The notes under the pieces are model-generated. The model did not search any database and was not told where the DNA came from. It worked only from the letters and a program-made list of their open reading frames with translations. Below, one piece after another: positions 1 to 13,013 of a stretch of 64,000 bases of DNA. The stretch covers positions 29,202,001-29,266,000 of the forward strand of contig OX597821.1 of NCBI GenBank assembly GCA_951406725.2, read 5' to 3'. Numbering within the stretch: the first letter of the stretch is position 1; each line of letters opens with the position of its first letter. The position numbers and the translations under genes were made by a program. Source of the DNA: Octopus vulgaris. Its lineage: Eukaryota.

Positions 1-1243
1 TAGCCCTGTTTCCCTCCAGTTATAAAGGTAAGAAGGTCAAGAGGCTATCTGTGCATAGTTGCAACAACAAACATATCTGAAACAAAAAGCAACAGCATGG
101 TAAATATTACCAAGTCACACTAGAAAAAGACAGCTGGATGTTATGTAACACGTGTGCGTGTGTGTGTGTGTGTGTGTGCATGGAGACCTGTGTTAGTGGG
201 GTTACGTGAATGTTTTAACTCACTAGACAACTGGAATAAAATTATAGAATACAACTATTCTGTCACTATTTTCTTAAAGAAATGCATGACCCATTTTTTT
301 CCTATTCAGAAATATGAAGAGACAAGCAAAATGCCCCCCGTCCAATGGACGGTGCTGAGTTGTCAAACACTTAAACCAAATTTTCTCAAAACAACTTGTC
401 CGACCATCCCAAAGCCTCCCCTTTGAGAAACACTGATTTAACCTAAATTTGAGACACCAACAAAAGAAGAAATAAAGACAGACTTTTTTCTATTCTAAAG
501 AAAAACGATTTTATGCACACAAATATGCAACCGAAGAGTTTTAAAGTACCTGTAAGTACATCGCAACAGCTGATGTACTTGCGCATACAAATGCATGTTC
601 TCACGGCTTTATCGATCGTATTCTCACCTGGAATCAATTTTTGTAATTTTTTCAAGACTTATACATGCCCTGATACTGTTGATATCTACATATGCAATTT
701 GAGCACAATTGGATGGAGGATGCCCAAGATCCAAGAAGACACACACACACACAGACAGAACAGATTTTATATAATAGATATAGTAACGGAATAAATAAAC
801 TTGCCACCACTAATCAGATGTTTGGAATGAAAGTTAACAAATGGTTTTTAAAATTGAGATGTAAGAGTCTAATTTAAATATGAAGTATTTAAGAAGGATG
901 ATTTAGTATCAAAAAATAAGAGGATATTATTGAGGAAGTTTAGATCAAAAGGGTTAAAGTTACATAGATTAATTTTGTATAATTCCTTTTAATACTTATG
1001 TACACAACTTTTAAGAAGGTCTTTTACTTGCTTCTTCCGCTAGCACATGGGTAGCAGCTGGCAAAACAGGTAGGATTCCAAGGAGAAAGTTTCAAATATC
1101 TTGAAACATTTTTGCAACCCATTATGCTTTTGAATTCAAATTTTGCTGGAATCAGATTTACTTTTCATAAAACCTGGATTAACAAAGAATCATTGCAGCA
1201 CTAAAGATAATAAAAATCAACCAAATTTTTCTCAAAATATTAA

Positions 1244-1433
1244 CCCTTTTGTTCTTTCTTTTTTTTGGAATACACTGCATTTGTTTCAATTGATTTTGGA
1301 AGAATTTACTAAAATAAATTTGTCATTATTAATGACATTATTATTTGGAACATAAACAAACAAGGAATTTTGAAAGACTGGTTTACTTCAGATCAGAATA
1401 AAACTGGAAGTTTGCAGGATGGTATCAAAAGAG
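1244..1433. mobile_element. piggyBac-type MITE (degenerate) inserted in a family-A SINE
   Basis: TTAA-CCCTTTTG at 1240-1251 and a GGTATCAAAAGAG right end. Internal similarity to the copies at 39602 and 45616. Confidence 0.6.
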
Positions 1434-1853
1434 TCGATGGACTTTCTTGTGCCTATGTAAAGAAATCCTTCCTAAGTCAACAAATTAAAATATCAGTCAA
1501 ATACTGGGATCAATACAACTGAATGCTCAATGCCTGCCAAATTTCTGGTCTTGTGGATACGTTAAAATCAACTGGAAGAAGCAGTAACATGCTGGGGAAA
1601 ATGCTTAGCAACATTTCATCCATCTTTATGTTCTGAGTTCAAATTCCACCGAAGACAACTTTGCCTTTCATCCCTTTTTTTGTGTGTGTGTGTATTGAAG
1701 TAGGAGATTGTGAAAAAAAGTACCAATTCAGCCCTGAGATTGTTGTAATCAATAAGTCACTTCCCTCAAACTTTAGGCCATGTGCTTTTTGTAGAAAGGA
1801 TTATCATCATCATTATTATTATTAAGGCGGTGAACTGGCAGAATCATTACCAC

Positions 1854-2085
1854 GGGCATATGGTGTAGTGGTTAAGAGCGCGGGCTACTAACCCTAAGAT
1901 TCAGAGTTTGATTCCAGGCAGTGACCTTAATAATAATAATAATCATTACAACATTAAAAATACCTTAGGAATGAGAACCCAGGTTCAAAATTTTCCCAAG
2001 ACACCTGATGAAATTTTGTGTTAACAACAAACAAGATGAGGACAAATGTCCGGCAAATATAAATAAAATAAATAATGTAAATAAT
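1854..2085 (+). mobile_element. tRNA-headed SINE nested inside a family-A SINE
   Basis: GGGCATATGGTGTAGTGGTTAAGAGCGCGGGCTACTAACCC..GAGTTTGATTCC is a tRNA-like head with A/B boxes. It ends in AAAT/GTAAATAAT repeats, and the host SINE resumes at GAAATGTTTAGC (2086). Confidence 0.75.
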
Positions 2086-2936
2086 GAAATGTTTAGCGGT
2101 ATTTCACCCATTGCTCCATTCTGAGTTCTACTGAGGTTGACTTGGCCTTTCATCCTTTTGGGTTCGGTTAAATAAGTACCAGTTATGAACTGGGGATGAT
2201 GTAATCGACTTAATCTCTTCTCCCAAGCTGCCTTTGTGGCAAAAATTTGAAATCATTATTATTATTATGGTGGTGAGCTGGCAGAATTGTTAGCATGCCA
2301 GATAAAATGCCTAATGACGTTTCATCTATCTTTATGTTGCTAATTCAAATTCTGATGAGGTGGCCTTTACCTTTCATCCTTTCGGGGTTGAAATAAACAC
2401 CAGTTGAGCACTTGGGTCAATGTGATTGATTAGCCATCACCTTGAGCCTATAATGTGAAGGATTATTATTATTATTATTATTATTATTATTTTCATTAGG
2501 AGGCGAACTGGCAGAATTTTTAGGGCATTAAGACAAAATGCTTAACCACGTGTTCCAGTTGTTCATGATAGGGTCAACTTTGCCTTTCATCTTTCTGGGG
2601 GTGATAAAATAAAGTACTAGTTGAGAACAGGACTTAATGTAATTGAGTTACCTCTAACCGCCTCAAAATTGCTGGCCTTGTGCTAAATATTGAAACTATT
2701 ATTATTACTATTATTGGTAAGGCAGTGAACTGGCAGACTCATACACATGCCAGACAAAATGCTTGGTGGCATTTCCTCTGTCTTTATGTTCCAAGTTCAG
2801 ATTCTGTTGAGTCTGACGTTACCTTTCATCCTTTTGGGGTTGATAAGTTCAGTACCAGTTGAGCACTGAGGTTGATGTAATCGACTTAACCCCTCCCCTG
2901 AAGTTGCTGGCCTTGTACCAAAATTTGAAACTACTA

Positions 2937-2970
<34 letters not shown>

Positions 2971-4184
2971 CATCATCATCACCCTCATCATTATTATTAT
3001 TATTGCAATTTTCTTCATCATCATCATCATTATTATTACTGTTAATATAACTGTTTTTGTAGAGGCCATTCAGAAATACTTCAACAAATTTATTTTTCCC
3101 CACCTTAAAATATTAAAAATGAGAAATGGTTATCATCATCTTCAGTGTTATTTCAGTACATATTTTTTTTTTATTTTCTGTAAAATCAATTATATACACA
3201 CACACACACACACATGCACATACACATGTATATAAAATTTATACTCTGTTATTCTTTTGTGGTGTTTATAAAAATTTTCGCTGATTCGTTAGAAAAAACA
3301 AGATTGCTCTGAACAAGAAGAAGAATTAAAAAAAAACACACACACTTACACACAAAAAACAAAAATAACAAGACCAACAACAACAGCAAAAATAACGTCT
3401 ACAATGTCAGCAATAAAATTTCATGTGGTGAAATCATCATCATTGTCATTATATTTTTAGGAATCATTACATACCAGCATCACTATCACACAAAAAATAA
3501 AAATCATGATATGTATATAATCATAAGTCAGTACACAAATACATTTACACTTGTATGTCTGTATATTTGTGTCATTATGTCTGTGTATGTGTGTGTGTGT
3601 GCAAGTAAGTGTGCAGGGTCAGGTTGCGATTAAATGATCTGATCAGGTATCAACCGTCTACAACTCATCTAAATGAGCATATCATTTTTTTAAAAATGCT
3701 TTGGTGAAATCTATGTTAAGTTTTTCGTAAGGCACCAGCCTAGATATGTATCGTTTGTCGGTGACTAATGACTGAATAAACATTATTTGGTCATTATAGC
3801 CATACTATGTACACAATATATATACACAGACACACATACATATATGCACACATATGTATAATACAACAGTGAATATATAACTACATTACATTTCATTTTA
3901 CAATGATGCGTCTAATAACACAAGAAGGAGCTACCCACTGTGACACCATTTGTTCTGCAGATCTTCAACAACAATGATATTGCTGGGTATATCCATTTCG
4001 TCTACCAGTACCATTTATAGTATGATTGTTTTGCAATCAAACAGATGGGAAACCTATTAGCAATATTTTCTACTATGTTTAAAATTCCTTCCTGCTGAGA
4101 CATAAATTTATGGTCGGTCTTATATGAAACAATGTTAATGAAAAGAATGACCCAAGAGATGGCATTCGATTCTCTGAAGTTACT

Positions 4185-4320
4185 ACTTCACTGGGTGTCA
4201 CAGCACAACTGTTCTCAAAGTGGTTCTCACCAAAACTTTTCTGCAAATTGTGCAAACAATATTTGCCAAATATAAAAAAAAAAAAATTTCTAGTTTCACA
4301 GACAACGATTCCAAATGACT
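4185..4320 (+). pseudogene. Possible decayed pogo/Tigger (DDE_1) transposase fragment
   Basis: Frameshifted translation ..VTAQLFSKWF..KQYLP..KISSFTDN resembles the pogo WVT..LF..WF...F......YL...K.LL..DN motif. Short and degenerate. Confidence 0.35.
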
Positions 4321-5704
4321 AAAATTTTTGTTGCTTTGATTAATCGGAGAAATAATGAGAAAAACTTGTGGAGGAAGATACTATATTTGAAGTAGAATGT
4401 ACCAATTAGCCAGACTTCACTTCCATAAGAGACTATGTATAACCAGGTTATTACCAAAGAATGAAATCAGAATTCATTTTATCAACAAGGCAGTGAATTG
4501 GAAGTCATTAAAGAATCGGGGTGAATAATTCATGGTATTAGTTTCAACTCTCAACACTCTGAGATCAAACCATTCAGAGGTCAACTTTGCTTTTAATCCT
4601 TTCAGGGTCAATAAAAATGTACAAAGTCAAGCAGAGGATTATTGTAAGTATAAGAATGTTAGAGTGAATGACTTGTATTGCTTGTTTCCGTGGCCTAATT
4701 GGGAGGCAGATTTAATTTGTTGCTAGGTATAATACAGCCATCTGGCACTTAAGGTGACTTTAGCACAGCTGAGTCCACTCAGGTCAGTTTCTGGTTTGAG
4801 GATGATTTTTTCTTCCCTCCTAGCCTACCACTAGTAGCAGGGTTCTGTAAAGGGTCACAGGTACTGTCTTCCCTCTTGACAAAACAGAAAAAAAAAAAAA
4901 AAACATTTTTCGACTCCTGCAAACTGAGATAGGAACAGAAGTGAGAACTCCAAACTTGGCCGATGCATAAAGGGGCAGATAGAGGAATGTCCGCCATATA
5001 TAAAGGGGCTAGGAGCAATATAGAAAAATACTATTTTGAATTAAATATAGGTTGTCATTTTACAAGGAGCATAGCCCTTAAGAAACACTTAGCCTAAGGT
5101 TACAGGTAAAAACACTGGAATGCAGCAGATCGGATGTGACGTTCTAGAGAACAAGTCTTATATTGAACAAAAACAATTCTCACATGATGTAGGGCAGATA
5201 ACCTGTTTTGAAGTTAACAACCAGGCTTATCAAATCTCTAAAGTGTTTTAATGCTTATGTCTACAAGAACTGATAATTACGGATGTTATCAACGAGTTCC
5301 AAAATCTGAACAAATTTAACCAGATTATGCAACTTGAAGTCTACAATGCTGTTTTGATTTTTTTTGCTGGGCTCAAGCTCACTTCCAAGAAGCTGGCTGC
5401 ATGAGACATGATCCATCATCAGGTAGGCTGCACTACTAAAAAAACTCAAAAAAGATCAAGGTAATTTTTTTTGTTAGGCATGCCATTCAGAAAGTCCAAC
5501 AGGCCACAGTTTTCTCATGACTGCTCGAGCAAAAGCAAATAATACTAAAATAATAAAAAAAATAATGACTTTAGAAAGGGCATGGATGTGATATCGTCTT
5601 GTTTTTCTCACCCACAAATCTTAAAAACATTTTCTAATCAACAACACAGCTTGAAATGTTAGCTCTCTTCTCCTTCACAAAACAAACAATATGGATAGTG
5701 AATG

Positions 5705-5960
5705 GGGAGGCCATAAGAAGTTGATCAACTTGCCAGAAATAGCAGCCACATTTCTCTCACATAGCAAATTATTAAAAAGCAAAAAAAAAAAAAGAAAGTA
5801 TTCATTAGGAATATGCTGCCCTAAATACGGGATAACTTACAAAAAAAAAAAGAAAAAGAGAAGAAAAAAAATTTGGGACACTCATAGCTGGAATTTTATC
5901 AAGCATATAAGAAGGTTAACATGGGGACAGACGACAAGGTAAACCACAGCAAACCAAAAC
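5705..5960 (+). repeat. Dispersed repeat family F (probable SINE 3' portion)
   Basis: Motif GCTAGAAATAGCAGCCAAAT...CATRGCTGGAAT...CCTGGGGCTAAACAACAAC recurs in either orientation at about 4700, 10260, 19005, 31220, 54500, 55840, 58300, 62200 and 63590. Confidence 0.6.
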
Positions 5961-7250
5961 AACCTTTACGGAATCACTTGGCCTGCTATGAATAACACCC
6001 AAATCTTGCTCGTATTTCTACAGCAAATTAGCTTGGGGTGAAGACCAGTGTTTGAAGAATTTTCTGGTTAAGCAGAAACAATAATAACTATGTTTTGACT
6101 TCCATTTACTGCTGTGTCACTTCACCTTAGTCACTAATGATCTAGAAATAACAAAAAAAAAGACAAAATATGAACATCACACAACCTTATTTTCTTCTAT
6201 AACCAATACATCAAACACTTTGTGCTTATTCTATGAGAATTATTAAATATATTCTAATCCAATAAATGTAATATATAAGTATAAAGGCGAACAGTATGAG
6301 TAATAAATGAAAGAGAAATAGACACACACAGTGTTTAAGCGCAAGTGTGTGCATGACCATGCAAACTTTCTCTTAGTGGTAGAGGAGGAGGAAAAGAAGA
6401 AGATAAAGACAAAAAAAAAAGAAATTTGTAGAACAACAGGTTAATATGAAAAGTAGTATCTTGGAGCAATTCATTCTCATTCTAAGAATGTTTATCAGTT
6501 TCTCTGTGGCAATTTGTCGCATGACATTTCTGACTCTGTGAGAGAAAGAAAGAAAGAAAGAAAGGGAGATAGATAGATAGATAGAGAGAGAGGTCTGTAA
6601 TTCTTTGCACCTGCTCTCTTTTATTCCTTAATGGGAAGGACCTATTATACCACCTTTCAATTTTGTGAGGAAATTACTATTTCCAAGGCTGCTGTCCATT
6701 TCCTGTTCTATCAACCAGCCAAATAGCCCCTTTGTCTTTTTCTGCTGCATGCTGTTGAAGGGCAAGGACTTGATATGCTAGTCATTCTATGTCCTATGCA
6801 ATTGAAATATCAATATTCCACAAACTTACCTTTTCATTTCCAAGGAAGCTTTGGAAAAATATCTGAAGTTGTTCAGCTTACAATGAATGACTGTTTTAGG
6901 GTTTGTTTAATCTATTGACCAGCTGACCATTCAGTGGTCTTTAGAAAAGTGGAGTTCACTCTGTTGCAATCATTTAAACCAAGTCCCTGGTTCAAGGGTA
7001 AATTCACATTTTCCTAGAGAAACGCAAGGGTCAAGGTTTCTGTTATTCTTTACCCAAACAGTCCAAGAGGCCTTGCAAAAAAGATCAAAAGTACTGCTCT
7101 TCCTAAAACTGTGAGAATTGAGTTGCATTATGACTAAACAGTTTGCAAACATGAGGTCTTGCATTTGATGCTACTGTGTAGCATCTTGGGGAAATGACCA
7201 TTTCCAAAGTCTAGGGTTCCCCAACAGTTTCTGATTGAGAATAAGATTAA

Positions 7251-7468
7251 CCCTTTAGCATTGAAATTATTCTATCAAATGTAATGCTTTTTCATTCACA
7301 TTGCTTTCAATTAAAAATGCATTATTTTGTAGCTTGGATATTTTGATGATATGATTATATTTCTAGGATGATATTGTAGGATAGGTGTGATAAGCCAGAT
7401 CTGGTCAGTTTGGACACAGAACAAGTAGAATATTTGGGCTGCATATGGTCAATTTAAACACTAAAGGG
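7251..7468. mobile_element. piggyBac-type MITE
   Basis: TTAA (7247-7250) CCCTTTAG ... CTAAAGGG TTAA (7469-7472): TIRs starting CCC with a TTAA target duplication. Confidence 0.85.
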
Positions 7469-9313
7469 TTAAAGGTATATGTTCCTGTGGAATGCTCAAA
7501 CACTTACATATTAAACCAGTTGACCAAACAAGTGAATCATCATCATCAAACGACAGAGATCTACTACCTGATACCTTTATATACATTTTATGATTCTACT
7601 TTGCCATAGCCATACAAATAACCAGTTCCTGAAACTAAATATATTATATACGTATATCTTTCAAGTTCTAACTGGCAATATGAAGTGCATGAAATGGCAG
7701 ATCCATGAAAGCATTGAATAGGTTGCTTTGCTAGATTTCTTCTGGTTCTTTGCATTCTGAGTTCAAATTCTGCCACAGTCTATTGAGGTGGTAGACCTAA
7801 TCTATCTCCTGGTTTGACATCATCACTTAATACCCAGGGTAGCTTTAGCAGAGTTTGCTTCATTTGAGCCAGGTCTCTTAATTTGAGGATGCTGTTCTCC
7901 ACAACTACCACCAGTCTAGTAAATTGTCAGGAGTACTGCCTTCCTTTAAGCCTAAATGTAACAGAAAATGCACCAGAAAGGAATACACTCATGGTAACAA
8001 TACAACAAAGATTAGTTGTTTTCTTTAGAGTTATATAAAAGATGATGAAGGACTGTGACAAGTAGTGAGACATTGCCAACTAACTGTTGTAAGCAAGGAA
8101 AAAAAAAATAGATGTAAAACAACAACAATGACGATAGAGGTAATATATATGTGTGAATTATATATACACACAAACAAACACACACACATATATATATATA
8201 TGTATCACAAACACTTAGAACAGTGCAGATAGTTAAAAACAAATACGCATGTACAGAGACATGCATATACACGGAAGCAAGAGTCATCTCGTAAGCGTAA
8301 CAGCAAATTTTACACGCACCACAGACGGCTAAACAAGGTAATAAATAGAAGTGGAGTGGGGGAAGGGTGAACACAACCAACAATGCCATCAGTCTGAACC
8401 AAACACCTAATTGCAATGTGCAGCAAAGCACTAAGTTAGCACACTATGCATAGTGCACTGAAGTGTTTATCGATAAACAGAGCAAAGAGAGAACATCATT
8501 TGCATAACCCTGCTCTGTAAGCATAGTACGCAAGATTTAATTAAAAAACAGTCCTCCTAGCTACCCACTCAAACACATGTACACTCACATACATACGCGT
8601 ACGTACATGTATGTACACGTACATACATGCACCATCATGAAGAGGTGTGTTTTGCTTGTTTGGTTTTCACAAACATATACACACACACACATACATACAC
8701 ACAAACATACACCTAACATTGGATTATACGTGAACAAACAAGTACTAAAATAATTAAATCAATAAAAAGATAATGAACCACTGATGGTGTATAATGCATA
8801 CATACACATTTATGTGTGCATATATGTGTATACACACACACACACACACATATATATAAATATATGTATGTATGTTGGAATGCATGTATGGGAAATTTGT
8901 GTATATATGTATATGTGTGCACATGTATGTGCATGGTATATGTGTACTTGTGTGTGTATGTATACACACAAACACACGCATAGAGGACACATATACACAG
9001 ACACATTTATAATGTATCTAATCATTTATTTGATTTGTTTAATTTCTAAAGTATTATTGATTCATCATTTGATATGCTGACAAATCGTTAAAAATAAAAT
9101 ACAACAAACAAAAACCACCACCTAAACAAATAAGCACAAAAAAAAAAAAACACAAGGGAACAAAGGCAAAAAACGAAAAGAGAAAAACAATGAGACAAAA
9201 ACCATCACAAAATGTGATGATGTATAAATTTGCACTCAATAATGAATAGAAAGAAGGGAGTTCTGTTGCTACTGAGGGGGAGTAAATCATTGGGTGAGAG
9301 CTTGAGTGTGAGT

Positions 9314-9348
<35 letters not shown>

Positions 9349-9721
9349 CATGCAATATGTTGTTTGCAAGCATGGTTTGTATGTGTGCCATGCAGGTAAT
9401 TCATTATTTGCTTCATAGAAAATATTGTCATTGTTTAAATGAATGCCCCTTCCAAAGTTGTTGTTATTGTTGGAGTTGTTGTTTTTGTTCTTGTCGTTAT
9501 GTAGTTCTCCTCCACTGTGTCAAAGGCTGGTGGAACAGGTCTATAACCAGAGGATGTCCAACAGTGACTGCCCCATCGTCAGCATGATTGACATTATTTT
9601 TACGTCAGCTTTTTCCATGTTGGCATGGGTTACATGACATGTTTTGGAACAACATTCTCTGTGTGCCATTCCTGATGCCAATCTTTACCTGTCCTTCAAA
9701 CAAGGTAGTCTTTGTACATTA

Positions 9722-10030
9722 GACCACCGAGATGACCCAAGAAAGTGGCAATCGGTCAGTTATGACAACGAGGGTTGCAGTTGATCCAACCAGTGGAACA
9801 GCCGCTTTGTGAAATTAAAGTGCCAGTAACTGATACTCCACACACATAATCCTAATGTAGTTCTCAGGGGGATTCACTGTCATATAAAATATTGCAAGAC
9901 TGGCTTTTGAATTACATGCACAACTCATTTTCGCCAGCTGAGTAAACTGGAGAGACATGAAATAAAGTGTCTTGCTCAAGAACACAATGTGCTGCTGGAA
10001 ATCAAACTCGCGACCTTATGATCATGGGCT
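9722..10030 (-). mobile_element. Family-E tRNA-derived SINE nested in a minus-strand family-B SINE (about 9590-10210)
   Basis: Minus strand reads tRNA-like head ..GAGTTTGATTTCC..TTGTGTTCTTGAGCAAGACACTTTATTTCATGTCTCTCCAGTTTACTCAGCTG. Related heads occur at 18335 and 19448 (+). The flanks match the two halves of family B. Confidence 0.7.
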
Positions 10031-10586
10031 GAATTCCCTAACATGCCTTCACATAGAAAAAGCACACAAGTACACACAGGTTTCCAAGCAATTTTTGTTC
10101 ACCAAATTTCGTTCACAAAGCATTGGTCCAGTGAGTCTTTAGTAGACATTTACCCAAGATGTCAGGTAGTGACATGGATGTGAAATGAAATTCTTAACCA
10201 TGGGCACATATTTAAGTATCACCTTTTTTTAATTCTGATTTTGCATTTTTGCTTTAATGATAAGGGACAATCTAAAGGGAGGCTTGGTTGCTTTTTCTAG
10301 TAGGGTTGAAAGCAGTGACCCTTTTTTTGATCCATGGACTATGACAGACTCTATGTGGTATTTGCCAGTGTTCTTTAACCATGTAGCAAAGCCAAAGCAG
10401 TGATAAACCAATCTTTTGCTCAAGTCTACAGTATTCTAAGTGTTCTTTTGAAGGTATATCATTTTGGGGGTATTTGGTTGCAGTTTCTAGCTAGCCACAG
10501 CATAGAAGCACTTTTTTTTTTGGCTTACCCTCACAACAATACACATTTCTTTTAATATATGACAGACACGAAGACAGATAAATATA

Positions 10587-10730
10587 TATTTCTTTATTGC
10601 CCACAAGGGGCACATAGAGGGGACAAACAAGGACAGACATAGGTATTAAGTCGATTATATCGACCCCAGTGCATAACTGGTACTTAATTTATCGACCCCG
10701 AAAGGATGAAAGGCAAAGTCGACCTCGGAT
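10587..10730 (-). mobile_element. Young 5'-truncated family-A SINE with 14-bp TSD
   Basis: Near-identical to the copies at 23951 and 30913. Direct repeat GACAGATAAATATA at 10573-10586 and 10731-10744. Confidence 0.9.
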
Positions 10731-12384
10731 GACAGATAAATATAGAGGAACAGACAGAGCATCAATGCGTCCATGTGGCTGTGCTGGTATGTATGATTCT
10801 TCTTATAATAAATTTCTCACCAACATGGAAAGTGCTAAGCTCTGGCTCAAAAACAAGGTTCCTTCACTGGCATTTAGAAAACAGCATCTTGGAAGTCATG
10901 TGCGTACATCATGTTTCTTTCTGAATTTGAATTCTTCACTTAAATAAGGAACTACTTTCTAACAAAGAAACAATACTCCACCATGAACAGTGATGACAAG
11001 TTGCATGGAAAACTTTAGAAAAATCTTGCATATTTTTACTATTCTACTTACAGACTATATTTGAAAAACCATATTTGCTGGTCACTTCCTTTGTTTGGAA
11101 ACCTTCGCTTTTTGAGATTGTCAAGTAGTAACTTGCTAACATAGTTAAGTGTACCAATGATAATTATTGGTATATATGCAAATTTATATTTTGACTAGAA
11201 ATGCTTTACTTTTCAAAGACATTGTTAATGCAAGTATGTGAATGTTGATATTCCATATCTTCACTTGTCATGCCTGGGAAAAATGCTGATGTGATATTTA
11301 CATTCTCTACTGGTATTATGACTGGTCATTCTGTGCTTTTACCTGAAGAGAACATAAAAGTTGGTGACAGGTAGAGTATCCAGCCGTTCAGAAATGTTCA
11401 TATCTACTGAACAGCTGACTTGTTTGACAGTACATGATATTTTTTTATAGTCCAAGCAAGTATATCAAGTCTTTTATGTTCTCATATGGCCAAAGCTTTT
11501 GATGGGGGTGTTTCACTGATATTACTTGCTTTGATAATGTATACATTCATCAAAAGTGGCACTCTCTGTTTTCACCCCAGTGTAGTTTCTCTTACACACA
11601 CACACATATATATATATAGCAACATCAATTCACATTGGAAATTAGAAACTTAGTGATAGTTTGGGAAGTTAATGACCACATGTATGATATCTTCCAGAGA
11701 TGTGACAGTCAACATTGGTTCATAAATTATTCTTTAGCTATCTCCTGTTTTTGGGTTGCGAAAGTCTAACGGTCAAAATGTGATGTAATGTAACAGTTAC
11801 AAGTCCTAGAGAAGCTACGTATGAGAGAGAGAGAGAGTGTGTGTGTGTGTGTGTGTGTGCTGTGTGTGCATGTGTGTGTGTGTGTGTGCGTGTGTGTGCA
11901 AGCGTGTTGGCAAGTGTATGCATATATTTCTTTGAGATATATCAATGTCCTTCTTTGCAGAATCCAAACCAGTCATGATAAAGTGACAACCCCCTTTTTT
12001 TATTTGTATGCATGTACCTACATACATGTATGCATGTGCATTTACATTTGTATGGGTGCTAGTATGCATATGTACGTATATTTATTTCACTTTACTTTCA
12101 CTATTGATTCACTGCAACAGTTTGTGTACATTTGTTACCATCTATATACTTGTCTGTCAATCTATGTGAATACACACAAATACATAAGCATTCATGAAAT
12201 CATGAACAGACATATATGTATAGACACTTCCCTATACATATGTAATATACATCACATTTTTCTTATACATGCACAAATATAGCTATGCATTTTAAACTAG
12301 ATAAATGCCTCAAAATGTACACACACACACACACTGAAAATAGCATTCATACATGCACATACACTTCTCTCTCTCTCTCTCTCT

Positions 12385-12426
<42 letters not shown>

Positions 12427-13013
12427 GTACACACAGATCTAAAAGAATCTGTCAAACTGTAACAGAACACTCTGTGTATATATCATATTAAACTTAAGTG
12501 GAATAGTTTATAAAGGCTATATATTTTCATGACTTTGCATCCATTCCCTCTATCATTTCTTTCACTTCCCACCCTTCCACCAATTCAATATAAAATCCAA
12601 GTTAGCTTAGTTTGACACTGGTGGAATGAGATTATTTAGAAAGGATCTATTCTTTGAAAGAACCCCTTTCTAAACTATAAAAACTCTTCACTGTGTAATC
12701 CTGTTATTCTGCCCTGTCACAGTTGCTCAGTTTTATTGCTAGACAGCAGTACCTGTCCAAGGCACAACCAAGCCTTCAAACAAAACAGCAGGTGAGAGAA
12801 AGGGCATTGAAACAAGTAAAGGTGAACATGGATTGGTTTATGGAATAAGAGGAACTGTCACAATTTGAAATCTCTCAGGTGTGCGTTCTCAGGTGAGAAC
12901 CAGAGATTCTACATGCTTTCCTTAATTCCCCTCACTAATCTTGTCTTATTTTGTGAAGCTGAGATTAGAATGAATTTATGGAATCATTTCAAAGAGAATG
13001 TTACTTATGTGTA

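Larger units (their letters stand above)
1050..2935 (+). mobile_element. Head-to-tail cluster of about 7 family-A tRNA-derived SINE copies (Meta-domain-like core)
   Basis: Repeated module GGCGGYGARCTGGCAGAAT..(A-box-like)..GAGTTCAAATTC (B-box-like)..CTTTGCCTTTCATCCTTTCGGGGTTGATAAAATAAGTACCAG..GGCCTTGTGCCAAAATTTGAAA-(ATT)n. Starts near 1050, 1470 (partial), 1570, 1825, 2269, 2499, 2719. The core resembles the Meta central domain of animal SINEs (recalled, not aligned). Confidence 0.85.

Noticed and set aside
552-582. Hairpin AAGTACATC/GATGTACTT as a pre-miRNA
   Set aside because: A stem of 9-11 bp is too short for a miRNA precursor.
1854-1927. tRNA gene (ACT anticodon-like loop), and likewise the heads at 25991 and 34165
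   Set aside because: The acceptor and T stems do not pair properly and the sequence continues into SINE bodies.
6640-7220. Possible exon (minus-strand AG|GTAAGT near 6830) or LINE endonuclease remnant
   Set aside because: No matching acceptor or open frame, and the motif similarity is too weak to call.
11711-11723. 13-mer AACATTGGTTCAT shared with about 59326
   Set aside because: Matches of this length are expected by chance in 64 kb of AT-rich DNA, and the flanks do not align.
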